A stretch of DNA of 64,000 nt from Anaeromyxobacteraceae bacterium (GTDB lineage Bacteria; Myxococcota; Myxococcia; Myxococcales; Anaeromyxobacteraceae): contig JAULAX010000005.1 in the NCBI GenBank assembly GCA_032654565.1, positions 64,001 through 128,000 of the forward strand, read 5' to 3'. The notes under the pieces are model-generated. The model saw only the letters and a program-made list of their open reading frames with translations, ran no database searches and was not told the origin of the DNA. This document shows, piece after piece, positions 1 through 9,602 of the stretch (the first letter of the stretch is position 1; each line of letters starts with the position of its first letter). The position numbers and the translations under genes were made by a program.

Positions 1-1305
1 CAGGGCCTGGCGCGCCTCGGTCGCCAGCTGGGCGACGCGGGCCTTCTCCCCCGAACCGCGCAGCGCCTTGTAGTAGAAGAAGCCGTGGCGGGTGAGGAGG
101 CCGGTGGCGCCCAGGCCGAGCACCAGCAGCGTGGCGCCGGCGGCGATGGCCGGCTTCAGCCAGCGGCGCGGGTTGCCCGACGTCGCGGACCCCTCGGTCA
201 GCTTGGAGGCGGCCATGCGATCGCCGAAGGGCACCCCCGCCAGGGCCGCCGGCCGGCTGCTGGTCGGGGCGCCGCCCAGCTCCTCGGGCGTGGCGGTGAG
301 CGTCCGCATGGCCGCGGCGAACTCCGGCACCGAGCCGATGGGGTCCCAGACGCCGCCGCCGTCGGAGGAGATGTCCTCGTTGCCGAGCAGCTCCCCCTTG
401 GTGACCATGGCGACGATCTGGGCCGCCTCGAACGGACCGAAGACCTTGCCCGAGCGCCGGCGCACCTTGAAGCCGACCGCGGCCGACTCCAGTCCGGGGT
501 GGGAGCGGCTCCCGGGATCGCCGAAGAGCGGCTCCAGGTCCTCACCGTCGGCGGCCGCGGCGGCCGGCGACCGGCGGGGCGCGGCGGCGGCGGGCGGCGG
601 GGCGATGGGCTCCGGGGCGGGGGGCGCGGCGGCGTACGCTGGCGGGGGGGATGGCGGCGCGGTGTCGAGCGACGCGAAGGGGTCCTCCTTGGGGGCCGGG
701 ACCTCGAAGGGCTCCTCCGGGGGCGGCGGCAGGGGGGCGGGCTCGCCGAAGTCCACCTCGCCGAAGCCGAGCGGATCCGAGGGGACCGGGAAGGGGTCCT
801 GCGGCGAGGCGGGCGCGAGGGGCGGCGGCTGAGGCGCGACCACCGCCGCGACGAAGGGCGAGTCGACCGGGGCGAACGGGCTGTCGGCGGCGGCGAAGGG
901 GCTCTCGGCCGCGGCGAAGGCGCCGTCGCTGCTGGCGAAGGGTGAGTCGCCGGCGGCCGACGCCGCGGGAAGCGGGGGCGGGGGCGGAGTCATCACCGGC
1001 GGTGAACCCAGCGGCCCGGCGCCGACCACCGGGGGCCGGGCCGGTCGGGGCGGCTGCGGCAGCGGCACGGCCGCCGGCGCCGCGGGGCGGGGGGGCGGCG
1101 CCATGGCTGGCGGCGCCACCGGCGGCGGCGTGAAGCTGGCGGGGGCCGGCAGCGGCACCGCGGTCGAGGCGCTCTCCCCGGCGCCGGTGCGGCGCACCGG
1201 GAAGGACTGCTGGCACTTGGGACAGCGGACGTTGGTGCCGCCGTCGGGGATGCGCCCGTCGTCGACGTGGTAGGCGGCGCTGCAGTGCGGGCAGGTGACC
1301 CTCAT
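1..1305 (-). CDS. Zinc-ribbon (MJ0042-type) + Pro-rich linker + GYF_2-like domain + TM membrane protein; 3' end runs off the window
   Basis: Not in the ORF track; translated by hand from ATG 1305: MRVTCPHCSAAYHVDDGRIPDGGTNVRCPKCQQSF (two CxxC), later FKVRRRSGKVFGPF...VWDPIGSVPEF (GYF_2-like), then a hydrophobic segment. Confidence 0.85.
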   Translation of the reverse strand, partial: MRVTCPHCSAAYHVDDGRIPDGGTNVRCPKCQQSFPVRRTGAGESASTAVPLPAPASFTPPPVAPPAMAPPPRPAAPAAVPLPQPPRPARPPVVGAGPLGSPPVMTPPPPPLPAASAAGDSPFASSDGAFAAAESPFAAADSPFAPVDSPFVAAVVAPQPPPLAPASPQDPFPVPSDPLGFGEVDFGEPAPLPPPPEEPFEVPAPKEDPFASLDTAPPSPPPAYAAAPPAPEPIAPPPAAAAPRRSPAAAAADGEDLEPLFGDPGSRSHPGLESAAVGFKVRRRSGKVFGPFEAAQIVAMVTKGELLGNEDISSDGGGVWDPIGSVPEFAAAMRTLTATPEELGGAPTSSRPAALAGVPFGDRMAASKLTEGSATSGNPRRWLKPAIAAGATLLVLGLGATGLLTRHGFFYYKALRGSGEKARVAQLATEARQAL

Positions 1306-1311
1306 GATCGG

Positions 1312-2142
1312 TTACCCCTCGGGCTCGAAGCGGCGCTTCAGTTCCAGGTAGGTGACGTAGTCGGCGGCCAGGGAGGAGTCTCGGCCGACGCTCCCCTCCG
1401 GCATCAGCCGGGCGTGCAGCAGCTCGGAGACGACGCGGGAGGGCTGCTCCACCGCGAGCTCGCCGACCTCGGCGATCTCCCCGGCCCCCAGCGCCGCGAA
1501 GCGCGGCTTGAGCTCGGCGTAGCGCAGGAAGGCGTCGACCACCTCGGCCGGCGCCAGCTGCGAACTCGACCCGACCTCGCGCACCAGCCGGTCGTGGCGC
1601 AGCCGCTCCCAGAGCGCCTCGCCGCCCATCTCGGCGCCGGCCCGGATCGCCAGGGCCGCCCCGTCCAGCCCGGTGGGGATGGGCCGGAAGCCGTCCTGCC
1701 CCGGCGCCCCGGACAGCGCCCGGAGCAGCGCCACCGCCCGGCAGGCCTCGTCGGCGGAGAGGAAGTCGCGGATCTGCCGGTTGGCCTCGCGCAGCCGGCG
1801 TGACAGCCGCCGCAGGATGCGCAGCGCCACCTCGCCCCGCTCGGTCACCATCCGCTCGAAGGCCGCCTCGTCCAGCTCCAGCACCCGGGCCGGCTCGTCC
1901 ACCACCGCCGAGGCGGAGCGGGGCTGGTGGTCGAGCAGCGCCATCTCGCCGAAGAACTCGCCGGGACCGAGCCGCGCCAGCGTCACCTGGCGGGGGCCGT
2001 TCCGCTTGACGATGCGCACCTGCCCGGACTGGATCACGTAGAGCCGGCTGCCCGGATCGCCCTCGTCGAAGATGACGGCGCCGGCGGGGAAGTCCCTGCC
2101 GTAGAGGTCGGCGGCGGCGCGATGGGGAGTCGAGGAGTCCAT
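1312..2142 (-). CDS. Cyclic-nucleotide-binding (Crp/Fnr-like) protein
   Basis: IFDEGDPG..LYVIQSGQV..GEFFGEMALLDHQPRSASA cNMP-binding signature. Confidence 0.9.
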   Translation of the reverse strand: MDSSTPHRAAADLYGRDFPAGAVIFDEGDPGSRLYVIQSGQVRIVKRNGPRQVTLARLGPGEFFGEMALLDHQPRSASAVVDEPARVLELDEAAFERMVTERGEVALRILRRLSRRLREANRQIRDFLSADEACRAVALLRALSGAPGQDGFRPIPTGLDGAALAIRAGAEMGGEALWERLRHDRLVREVGSSSQLAPAEVVDAFLRYAELKPRFAALGAGEIAEVGELAVEQPSRVVSELLHARLMPEGSVGRDSSLAADYVTYLELKRRFEPEG

Positions 2143-2193
2143 GCGGGGCGGGCAGGGGCGGCGGGACGACGGCGAAAGCCGTGGAGATCCGCG

Positions 2194-2222
2194 ACGCTAC
2201 ACCCGGAAGAACGACCGTTCAA
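2194..2222 (-). promoter_or_regulatory. sigma70-type promoter for the cNMP gene
   Basis: TTGAAC-N17-TAGCGT on the minus strand. Confidence 0.55.
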
Positions 2223-2282
2223 GGCGGCGACCGGGGCGCCGCGGCGAGGCCGCCGGGCCTCCCGCGTGCTAGATCCGGTGGC

Positions 2283-3137
2283 GTGCCGCCGCCGAGCCAG
2301 ACCCTGCAGCAGCAGCTGCGCGAGTGGACCTACCAGCTGGGCGGCCCGGGAACCCGGGAGCGGCTGGAGAAGCTGACGCCGCCGCGCAACGAGTACGGCG
2401 TCGACCCCTACGGCTTCGACATCGACTACACGCTGGCGGCGGTGGCTCCCTTCGCCTGGCTCTACCGCCACTACTTCCGGGTGTCGCTGCACGGCATCGA
2501 GCGGGTCCCGTCCGACGGCCGGGTGCTGCTGGTCGCCAACCACTCCGGCCAGCTCCCCTTCGACGCCGCCATGATCGAGCTGGCGCTGCTCCTCGACATG
2601 GACCCGCCGCGCATCGCCCGCGCCCTGGTGGAGCGCTGGGTCCCCACCCTCCCCTTCGTGGCCCCGTTCTTCGCCCGGCTCGGGCAGGTGGTGGGCACCC
2701 AGGAGAACTGCCGGCGGCTGCTGGCCGCCGACGAGGCGCTGCTGGTCTTCCCCGAGGGGGTGCGCGGCCTCAACAAGACCTTCAGCGAGCGGTACAAGCT
2801 GCGCACCTTCTCCACCGGCTTCGTGCGGCTGGCGCTGGAGGCCGGGGCGCCCATCGTGCCCATCGCCGTGGTCGGGGCCGAGGAGCAGGCGCCGGCGCTG
2901 GTGGACCTGAAGCCGCTGGCCCGGCTGCTGGGCCTGCCGGCGCTGCCCATCACCCCCTACCTGCTGCCACTGCCGCTGCCGGTCCACTACCACCTCCACT
3001 TCGGCGAGCCGATCCGCTTCACCGGCTCCCCCGACGCCGACGACGCCGAGCTGGAGCGGCAGGCCGGCGAGGTGCAGGGGGCGGTGCAGGGGCTGGTGAA
3101 CCAGGGGCTGGCCGAGCGGCCCGGGGTGTTCCTGTGA
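2283..3137 (+). CDS. Lysophospholipid/glycerol acyltransferase (PlsC superfamily)
   Basis: VANHSGQLPFD (HxxxxxD) and FPEG motifs; start uncertain (GTG 2283 or 2181). Confidence 0.85.
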   Translation: MPPPSQTLQQQLREWTYQLGGPGTRERLEKLTPPRNEYGVDPYGFDIDYTLAAVAPFAWLYRHYFRVSLHGIERVPSDGRVLLVANHSGQLPFDAAMIELALLLDMDPPRIARALVERWVPTLPFVAPFFARLGQVVGTQENCRRLLAADEALLVFPEGVRGLNKTFSERYKLRTFSTGFVRLALEAGAPIVPIAVVGAEEQAPALVDLKPLARLLGLPALPITPYLLPLPLPVHYHLHFGEPIRFTGSPDADDAELERQAGEVQGAVQGLVNQGLAERPGVFL

Positions 3138-3165
3138 CCGGGTCGGCCGCCGCGCGGGGGGCGCC

Positions 3166-4098
3166 GTGAGCACGCCGCTGCCCGGCCCGGTGCTGATCAC
3201 CGGCATCGCCGGCAACCTGGGGCGGGCCCTGGCCAAGCAGCTGCACCTCGAGACCGAGGTGATCGGCGTCGACCGCCGCCCCTTCCCCGACAAGCCCAAG
3301 GACGTGGAGCACCACCAGCTCGACCTGCGCAAGGCCAGGGTCGACGACCTCTTCCGCCGCCGCCGCCCCGAGGCGCTCATCCACCTCGGCATCTCCCACG
3401 ACCCGCGCATGCCCTTCAGCGAGGCCCACAACTTCAACGTGGTGGGGACCCAGAAGATCCTCGACCTCTGCGTGCGCCACGGCGTCAAGAAGGTGGTGGT
3501 GCTCTCCAGCGCCAACGTCTACGGCCCGCTCCCCAACAACTCCAACTTCCTCGCCGAGGAGACGCCGCTGATGGCGGCCGACCGCTTCTCCGGGGTGCGC
3601 GACCTGATCGAGCTCGACATGTACGCGCAGTCGTTCGTCTGGCGCCACCCCGAGGTGGAGACGGTCATCCTGCGCCCCTGCAACATCGTCGGCCCCACGG
3701 TGCGCAACGCCCCGTCCAATTTCCTCAGGCTGCAGCGGCCGCTCACGGTGATGGGCTTCGACCCCATGATCCAGCTCATCCACGAGGACGACGTGGCCGG
3801 GGCGCTGCTGCGGGCGCTCCGCCCCGGCTCCCGGGGCGTCTACAACGTGGTCGGGCCCGGCGAGGTGCCGCTCTCGGCCGTCCTCCGCGAGCTGGGTCGG
3901 GAGCCGATGCCGGTGCCCGACTTCCTGCTGCGCCCCACCCTGCGCCGGCTCTTCAAGGCCGGGGTGGTCTCCTTCCCGCCCGAGGAGCTGGACCACCTGC
4001 AGTACCTCTGCGTGGTGGACGGCTCGCGGGCCCGGCGCGAGCTGGGCTGGTCCCCCCGCTTCTCGCTGCGCGAGACCATCCGGAGCGTGCTGGCGTGA
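3166..4098 (+). CDS. NAD-dependent epimerase/dehydratase (extended SDR)
   Basis: ITGIAGNLG Rossmann motif, SSANVYG, IHEDDVA. Confidence 0.88.
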   Translation: MSTPLPGPVLITGIAGNLGRALAKQLHLETEVIGVDRRPFPDKPKDVEHHQLDLRKARVDDLFRRRRPEALIHLGISHDPRMPFSEAHNFNVVGTQKILDLCVRHGVKKVVVLSSANVYGPLPNNSNFLAEETPLMAADRFSGVRDLIELDMYAQSFVWRHPEVETVILRPCNIVGPTVRNAPSNFLRLQRPLTVMGFDPMIQLIHEDDVAGALLRALRPGSRGVYNVVGPGEVPLSAVLRELGREPMPVPDFLLRPTLRRLFKAGVVSFPPEELDHLQYLCVVDGSRARRELGWSPRFSLRETIRSVLA

Positions 4099-4997
4099 TC
4101 GACCGGCTCACCCGGGCGCTCCACCCCGGCCACGGCCTGCGCGCCCTGGTGGTGCGCGTCGGCGACCTGGCCCGCATGACCCGGCTCCTCCACGGCCTGG
4201 CCCCGACCAGCGCCCGGCTCTTCGCCGAGGGGCTGGCGGCGGGGGCGCTGCTGGGGGCGCTGCAGAAGGACGAGGAGCGGGTCAACCTGCAGCTGGAGTG
4301 CGCCGGGCCGCTGCGCGGGCTCTTCGTCGACGCCGAGCCGGCCGGCAACCTGCGCGGCTACGTGCGCGGCCCGGAGGTCGACCTCCCCGGCGATCCGGAG
4401 GCCGCGGCCCTGGCGGCGCTGGGCGGCGGCGGCTTCCTCTCGGTGCTGCGGGTGCGGACCGACGGCACCTTCTACCGCAGCTCGGTGGAGCTGCGGCGCG
4501 AGCCGCTGGCCGCGGCGGTGCGCCGCTGGTTCGCCGCCAGCGACCAGGTGGAGACGGCGCTGGCGCTGGAGGTGCTCCCCCGCGGCGACGAGCCGCTCGG
4601 CCAGGTGGCCGGCCTGCTGGTGCAGCGGCTCCCCGGCGGCGAGGGCTCGACGGTGGTGGACGCCCGCGACGCCATCGACGCCGGCGCCCTCGGCGCCGGG
4701 CTGGAGACCGGCGCCCCGGCGCTGGCGCTGCTGGAGGCAGTGGCCGGCCCCGGCTGGGAGCTGCTGGCCGAGCAGGAGGTGGCCTACCGCTGCGGCTGCA
4801 GCCTGGAGCGGGTGCGCAACGCCGTCACCGCGCTGGGGGCCGACGGCCTCGCCGACCTGGCCGCCACCGTGGGGAAGGCCGAGGTCGACTGCGAGTTCTG
4901 CCACGCCCACTACGTGCTCGACGCCGCGGCGCTGGGCGAGCTGGAGCAGCGGCTGCGCCAGGCCCGGCCGGAGCCGGAGCCAGGGCCGGCTCCGTAG
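4095..4997 (+). CDS. hslO: Hsp33 redox-regulated chaperone
   Basis: C-terminal YRCGCS...CEFC zinc switch; GLLVQRLPG. Confidence 0.9.
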   Translation: MIDRLTRALHPGHGLRALVVRVGDLARMTRLLHGLAPTSARLFAEGLAAGALLGALQKDEERVNLQLECAGPLRGLFVDAEPAGNLRGYVRGPEVDLPGDPEAAALAALGGGGFLSVLRVRTDGTFYRSSVELRREPLAAAVRRWFAASDQVETALALEVLPRGDEPLGQVAGLLVQRLPGGEGSTVVDARDAIDAGALGAGLETGAPALALLEAVAGPGWELLAEQEVAYRCGCSLERVRNAVTALGADGLADLAATVGKAEVDCEFCHAHYVLDAAALGELEQRLRQARPEPEPGPAP

Positions 4998-5016
4998 CCG
5001 CCAGCCCCCGCCGGCG

Positions 5017-5835
5017 TCAGCGGGTCTCCTTCATCACCCAGCGCTGGGCGATCCCTGCGGAGAAGGCGAAGGCCGCGGCCAGGGACCGGAACACCTCCTC
5101 GACGACGCGCACCGTCCGATCGTCGAGGCCGGCCACGCCGCCGTAGGTCTCGGTGGCGTCGTAGCCGAGCCAGCCGACCAGGCTGGCGGTGAGCATCAGC
5201 CAGGGCCAGGCCACCAGGCCGCCGCCCAGCGCCAGCGCCGCGTGCAGCACCGGGACGGCGACCACGAAGAGGCTGCCGTCGAGCAGGTCGCTGAGGACGT
5301 CTCCGGCCGCCAGCACGTCGCCGCCCAGCGCCGCGGGGAGCCGCTCCAGCAGGTCGGGACCGGCCAGCGTCGCCGCCACCAGCAGCGCCACCAGCCGGGC
5401 CACCAGGCGACCGGCCCGCGAAGTGCTGTCGAGGCCGGAGGCGCGCCAGGCGCGGGAGAGCAGCAGGAACCCGGCCACGGCCAGGGCGCCGAAGGCCACG
5501 CTGGTCGTGGCGCTGACCCATGGGGCGCGCTCCACCGCCGGGTAGAGGCCGCTGGCGCTGACCCCCATGCGCAGCCGGCCCGGGATCAGCGCCAGGTAGG
5601 AGATGGAGATCAGGAGCCAGCCCAGGCGCATGGGCTCGCCGCGATCGAAGGTGAGCGCCGAGACCAGCGTCCCCCCGGTGGCGAAGAGGTACATGGCGAC
5701 CGCCCAGCCGAAGTAGGCGCCGGCCAGCTGCGCCGGCTCGGCGATGGAGGCGGCGAACGGGACCGGGAGCAGCCCGACACCGACGGTGACCAGGGCGAGC
5801 GCCTGGAAGCGGAGGTGCCGCCTGGGGTGGTTCAT
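5017..5835 (-). CDS. Hypothetical polytopic membrane protein (~7-8 TM)
   Basis: Multiple hydrophobic segments; ATGA overlap with the upstream small ORF. Confidence 0.75.
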   Translation of the reverse strand: MNHPRRHLRFQALALVTVGVGLLPVPFAASIAEPAQLAGAYFGWAVAMYLFATGGTLVSALTFDRGEPMRLGWLLISISYLALIPGRLRMGVSASGLYPAVERAPWVSATTSVAFGALAVAGFLLLSRAWRASGLDSTSRAGRLVARLVALLVAATLAGPDLLERLPAALGGDVLAAGDVLSDLLDGSLFVVAVPVLHAALALGGGLVAWPWLMLTASLVGWLGYDATETYGGVAGLDDRTVRVVEEVFRSLAAAFAFSAGIAQRWVMKETR

Positions 5836-6071
5836 CGGAGCTCCCGGGTCATCTCTTCGACGAGGCGCTCGGCGGTGGCGGCCCCGAGCAGGGTGCGGAG
5901 GGCTGGCCGCAGCGAGGCGAGGAGCCGCGGGACGTCGGCGACGGTGAGCGCCTCTGGCTCCATCAGCAGATCGCGACGGCAGAAGGTGCGGGTGGCGTTC
6001 CGGGCCATGTTGGGCCCGAGGAGAGGGGCGAGCCTCCCCTCGATCTGCTCGCTGATGGTGCCGCCCGTCAT
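5832..6071 (-). CDS. Small hypothetical helical protein (79 aa)
   Basis: Protein-like composition; TAGGCT -10 upstream; coupled to the next gene. Confidence 0.7.
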   Translation of the reverse strand: MTGGTISEQIEGRLAPLLGPNMARNATRTFCRRDLLMEPEALTVADVPRLLASLRPALRTLLGAATAERLVEEMTRELR

Positions 6072-6177
6072 GAGGGGCGGGAGCCTAACCCGAACGGGCC
6101 ACCGGGAGGTACCGGTCCGGCCTCGACCGGGACCGGGACGGCGGCGCGCGGCCGACGGCCGACGGCCAGGGGCGCCC

Positions 6178-6534
6178 TCACCCGACGAGGAAGTCGAGCG
6201 CCTCCTCCCGGGTGCGGAAGGCCCGGGTGCTCCGCTCGCCGGTGGCGCGCAGGTAGGCGTTGAAGAAGACGGTCTTGAGGCCGCTGATGCCGGTGAGCGC
6301 CGAGCGGTCGATCAGCCGCGCGTTCATGCGCCCCACCTGCTTGACCCGCTTCATGAACGCGCTGCCGACCACCGAGCCCTCGAAGTCGTTGTAGAGGAGG
6401 GCGGGGCGGCGGAGCGGCTGCATCATGGCGCTGCCGGCCTCCAGCGTGGCGATGAGCGCCTCGTCGCTCCGCTGATCACGATAGTCGAAGAAGAGCACCT
6501 GGCGACCACGGTGCTCGATCCAGCTCGCCGGCAT
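6178..6534 (-). CDS. STAS/SEC14 (SpoIIAA-like) small protein
   Basis: RSALTGISGLKTVFFNAY...RAFRTREEALDFL, a C-terminus typical of the family; GGAGG RBS. Confidence 0.75.
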   Translation of the reverse strand: MPASWIEHRGRQVLFFDYRDQRSDEALIATLEAGSAMMQPLRRPALLYNDFEGSVVGSAFMKRVKQVGRMNARLIDRSALTGISGLKTVFFNAYLRATGERSTRAFRTREEALDFLVG

Positions 6535-6601
6535 GACCCCTCCCTCGGCGCCGAGCCTACCATCGCGGCCATCGCCGGGCGCGCCGCCCCCGGCCCGGCC
6601 G

Positions 6602-9286
6602 CTACCCGGCGCGCGCCAGCCTGGCTCCCCGGGAGACGTCGCCGTCCCGGTCGCCGGCCCCGGCCTGCTGGAGGAAGCGCCCCAGCTCGACGTCGTGCTC
6701 GATGATGTGGCGCCGGACCCACTCGGGGAGGCGCCCCACCACCCAGCGCCGGAAGGGGATGGTGACCCCGCCCCGCTCCAGGCTGGCCAGCAGCTGCCGC
6801 GCCTCCTCGAGCAGGCCGGCGTGCGCCTCGGCGTGGCGGGCCAGCTCGGGGTAGCCGTGCGCCTTCATGAACCGCTCCTCGTGATCGAAGTGGGCCCCGA
6901 TGCCGGCGATGATGGTCTCGAAGGCCACCTGGACCTCCTCGCTCCGGCCGGTGGAGAGCATCTCTCTGAGGGCCTCGACGGCCTCGCTCAGCACCCGGTG
7001 CTCCTCGTCGATGGGAGCGAACCCGGTCCCGGCGTACATGGCGGCCCCGTCCCGCAGGGGCGGGGCGGCCACCGGCGGCAAGGCGGCGGCGGCCAGCACC
7101 TCGGCGGCGTCCAGGTCGTGGCACGCCACCCGGTTCCGCCCCCCGGCCTTGGCGCGGTAGAGCGCCTCGTCGGCCCGGCTGACCAGCGACTCGACGGTGT
7201 CCCCCGGCCGCAGCTCGGCCACGCCGAAGCTCCCGGTCACCGGTCCGGCCGGCCCCAGCGAGGTGGACGCCATCAGGCCCCGCAGCTTCTCGGCCAGCCG
7301 GACCGCCCCACCCGCCGGCGTCGACGCCGCCAGCACCACGAACTCCTCGCCCCCCCAGCGCCCCACCGAGTCGGAGTCGCGGACGTTGACCTCGATGATC
7401 CGGGAGACGCCGACCAGCACCTGGTCGCCGGCCTTGTGGCCGTGGACGTCGTTGACCCGCTTGAAGTGGTCGAGGTCGATCATCACCACCGAGAGCGGCT
7501 GGCCGTAGCGGCGGGACCGCTCCAGCTCGCTGGCGAAGACGCCGCCGAAGCCGGCCCGGTTGAAGACCCCGGTGAGCGGGTCGGTGTCGGCCTGGCGGGC
7601 CGAGTCGCGGGCCCGGGTCTCGGCGTCCCGCCGCTTGCCGGTGATCTTCGACTCGTCGCCCAGCTGGCGCTGCATGGCCACGAAGTAGGTGAGGACCACC
7701 GAGCAGAGGAGCAGGGTGATGACGATGCCGAGCAGCCGGTTGGCCACCTGGGTCTTCTCCCGCTTGAGCACCACCAGCGACCAGTCGGAGCCGGGGAGCG
7801 GGCGCCGCACCGCCACGCGCTTCTGCTGGTCGATCGACACCCACTCCGTCCCCACCACCGGGTGATCGAAGGGCGCCCGCGCCAGCCTCGGCGCCCCGGG
7901 CGACGACGCCGTCGCCGGTGCGGCTCCGTCCGGTGCGCTCCAGAGGCGCAGCCCCGCCGGGACCGGACGGGTGGCCACCAGCACCTGCCCCTCGGCCGAG
8001 ACCAGGTAGGTCTCGTCGGCCACCTTGGGGCCCAGCTGCTCCGCTTCCAGGTTGCGCTTGACCACTCCCACCGCCACCAGCCGGCCGTCGGCGCCGTAGA
8101 CCGCCTCGCTGGCGTAGTAACCGGGGATCCTGCTCACCAGCCCCATGCCGAGGAACCGCCCCGGGCGCCCGGCCACCGCGTCCTTGAAGTAGTCGCGCTG
8201 GGCGTAGTTCTTCCCCAGGAAGCTGTCGGGCCTTCCCCGGTTCGACGTCGAGATGGTGAGGCCGGTGGCGTCGAGGAGGTAGACCACCCACCCTTCGGAG
8301 GCCAGCGCCAGCGAGTCGACCAGCCCGTCGAGCCGTCCGGGCTCGATGGTGTCGGCCTCCAGGTAGTAGCCCTGCAGCAGCCTGGACAGGGTCCGCGCCC
8401 CGCGGTCGGCCCCGTCCATCTCGTTCTGCAGGTGGTCGAAGACATGCGCGGCCGAGGCCTCGGCCTCCTCGACGACGTCGCGGTCGTGGAGGCGGCCCAG
8501 CCTGTCGGTGAAGACCCAGCCGCCGGCCAGGATGACCGTGAGGGAGATGACCAGCACCCTGAACAGCAGCCGCCGCTTGTGGAGCACCCGGCCCGCCGGG
8601 TCGAAGGAGACCGCCAGCAGCCAGATCGACAGCGCCATCCCGAAGACCACCAGCCCCCGGACCAGCTGGATGGGCACACCGGTCCACCGCTGGAGGTCCT
8701 CGGCGCTCGGCCACGGACCGGGCAGGTAGGCGGCTCGCGGGACCACCAGCCCCGCCGCCAGCCCGAACGCGAGGAAGCTGCCGCCGCTCCAGAGCCTGGC
8801 CCGCCGGGAGGCCGGCCCCCCGCCCATGGCCTCGGAGCGGGCGGCGGCGACCAGGAAGTGACTGGCCGTCCAGGCCAGCGCCGGGGCGGCGATCACCAGC
8901 CGCACCGAGGTCTCGAGCGAGGAGAGGCCGCCGACGGCGGTCAGCCCCGCGAGCAGGGTGACCGGCACCAGGTGGAGCCAGGGGGCCAGCTGCCGGCCGA
9001 GGAGGATCCGGTGGTTCCGCCGGGCGAACTCGAGCAGCAGCAGGAAGCTGGCGCCGATCAGCGCCGTCCGGGCCAGCTGGAACAGGGCCGAGTCCACCAT
9101 GGTCAGCGCCAGCAGGTGGAGCCACTCGGCGGCGCCGTGGGTGAATGCGCTGGCGCCGAGGAGCCACCAGGGCGTGGGGAGCGGCCCGGCCCGCGACATG
9201 GAGAGGCAGACGGCGCCGAGCAGGAAGAGCCCCAGCCCGTTGAAGAAGTAGATGTAGTCGAGCTGCGCGACGAGCAGGTTCGGCAT
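6602..9286 (-). CDS. Membrane diguanylate cyclase: multi-TM, Cache-like sensor, GGDEF, C-terminal bacteriohemerythrin
   Basis: DLDHFKRVNDVHGH..GD; RDSD I-site; RWGGEEF; hemerythrin ligands IDEEH, HFDHEE, HAEAH, HIIEHD. Confidence 0.9.
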   Translation of the reverse strand: MPNLLVAQLDYIYFFNGLGLFLLGAVCLSMSRAGPLPTPWWLLGASAFTHGAAEWLHLLALTMVDSALFQLARTALIGASFLLLLEFARRNHRILLGRQLAPWLHLVPVTLLAGLTAVGGLSSLETSVRLVIAAPALAWTASHFLVAAARSEAMGGGPASRRARLWSGGSFLAFGLAAGLVVPRAAYLPGPWPSAEDLQRWTGVPIQLVRGLVVFGMALSIWLLAVSFDPAGRVLHKRRLLFRVLVISLTVILAGGWVFTDRLGRLHDRDVVEEAEASAAHVFDHLQNEMDGADRGARTLSRLLQGYYLEADTIEPGRLDGLVDSLALASEGWVVYLLDATGLTISTSNRGRPDSFLGKNYAQRDYFKDAVAGRPGRFLGMGLVSRIPGYYASEAVYGADGRLVAVGVVKRNLEAEQLGPKVADETYLVSAEGQVLVATRPVPAGLRLWSAPDGAAPATASSPGAPRLARAPFDHPVVGTEWVSIDQQKRVAVRRPLPGSDWSLVVLKREKTQVANRLLGIVITLLLCSVVLTYFVAMQRQLGDESKITGKRRDAETRARDSARQADTDPLTGVFNRAGFGGVFASELERSRRYGQPLSVVMIDLDHFKRVNDVHGHKAGDQVLVGVSRIIEVNVRDSDSVGRWGGEEFVVLAASTPAGGAVRLAEKLRGLMASTSLGPAGPVTGSFGVAELRPGDTVESLVSRADEALYRAKAGGRNRVACHDLDAAEVLAAAALPPVAAPPLRDGAAMYAGTGFAPIDEEHRVLSEAVEALREMLSTGRSEEVQVAFETIIAGIGAHFDHEERFMKAHGYPELARHAEAHAGLLEEARQLLASLERGGVTIPFRRWVVGRLPEWVRRHIIEHDVELGRFLQQAGAGDRDGDVSRGARLARAG

Positions 9287-9348
9287 GGTTCCTCCCCCCG
9301 GGGAACGCCCTGCGGTGAACGGCCACCGCAGACCCCGGCCATTTCACC

Positions 9349-9363
9349 GCAAGGCTCATGCCG
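9349..9363 (-). promoter_or_regulatory. sigma54 -24/-12 promoter of the DGC-hemerythrin gene
   Basis: CGGCATGAGCCTTGC = GG-N10-GC. Confidence 0.6.
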
Positions 9364-9602
9364 ATCGGCGGTGGCAGCGACGGTCCGGCCCCGCGCCCCA
9401 TCCCGCCGGATCGCGTGGGGAATCTCTCCAGGCGGGGTGGTGGCGCCACCCGGGGCGGGTGGGTCATCGACCCGGCCGGGTCCGGGCGAACCCCGCGGAG
9501 GCTCGGCCAGACGGGGGCGTCGGCCCCGGGGAAAGGAGCGGCGGCGGCGTGGTACATTCGGGTGGTCGGCCGCGACCGCGGCCCAGCGCCGGAGGGGACG
9601 CC

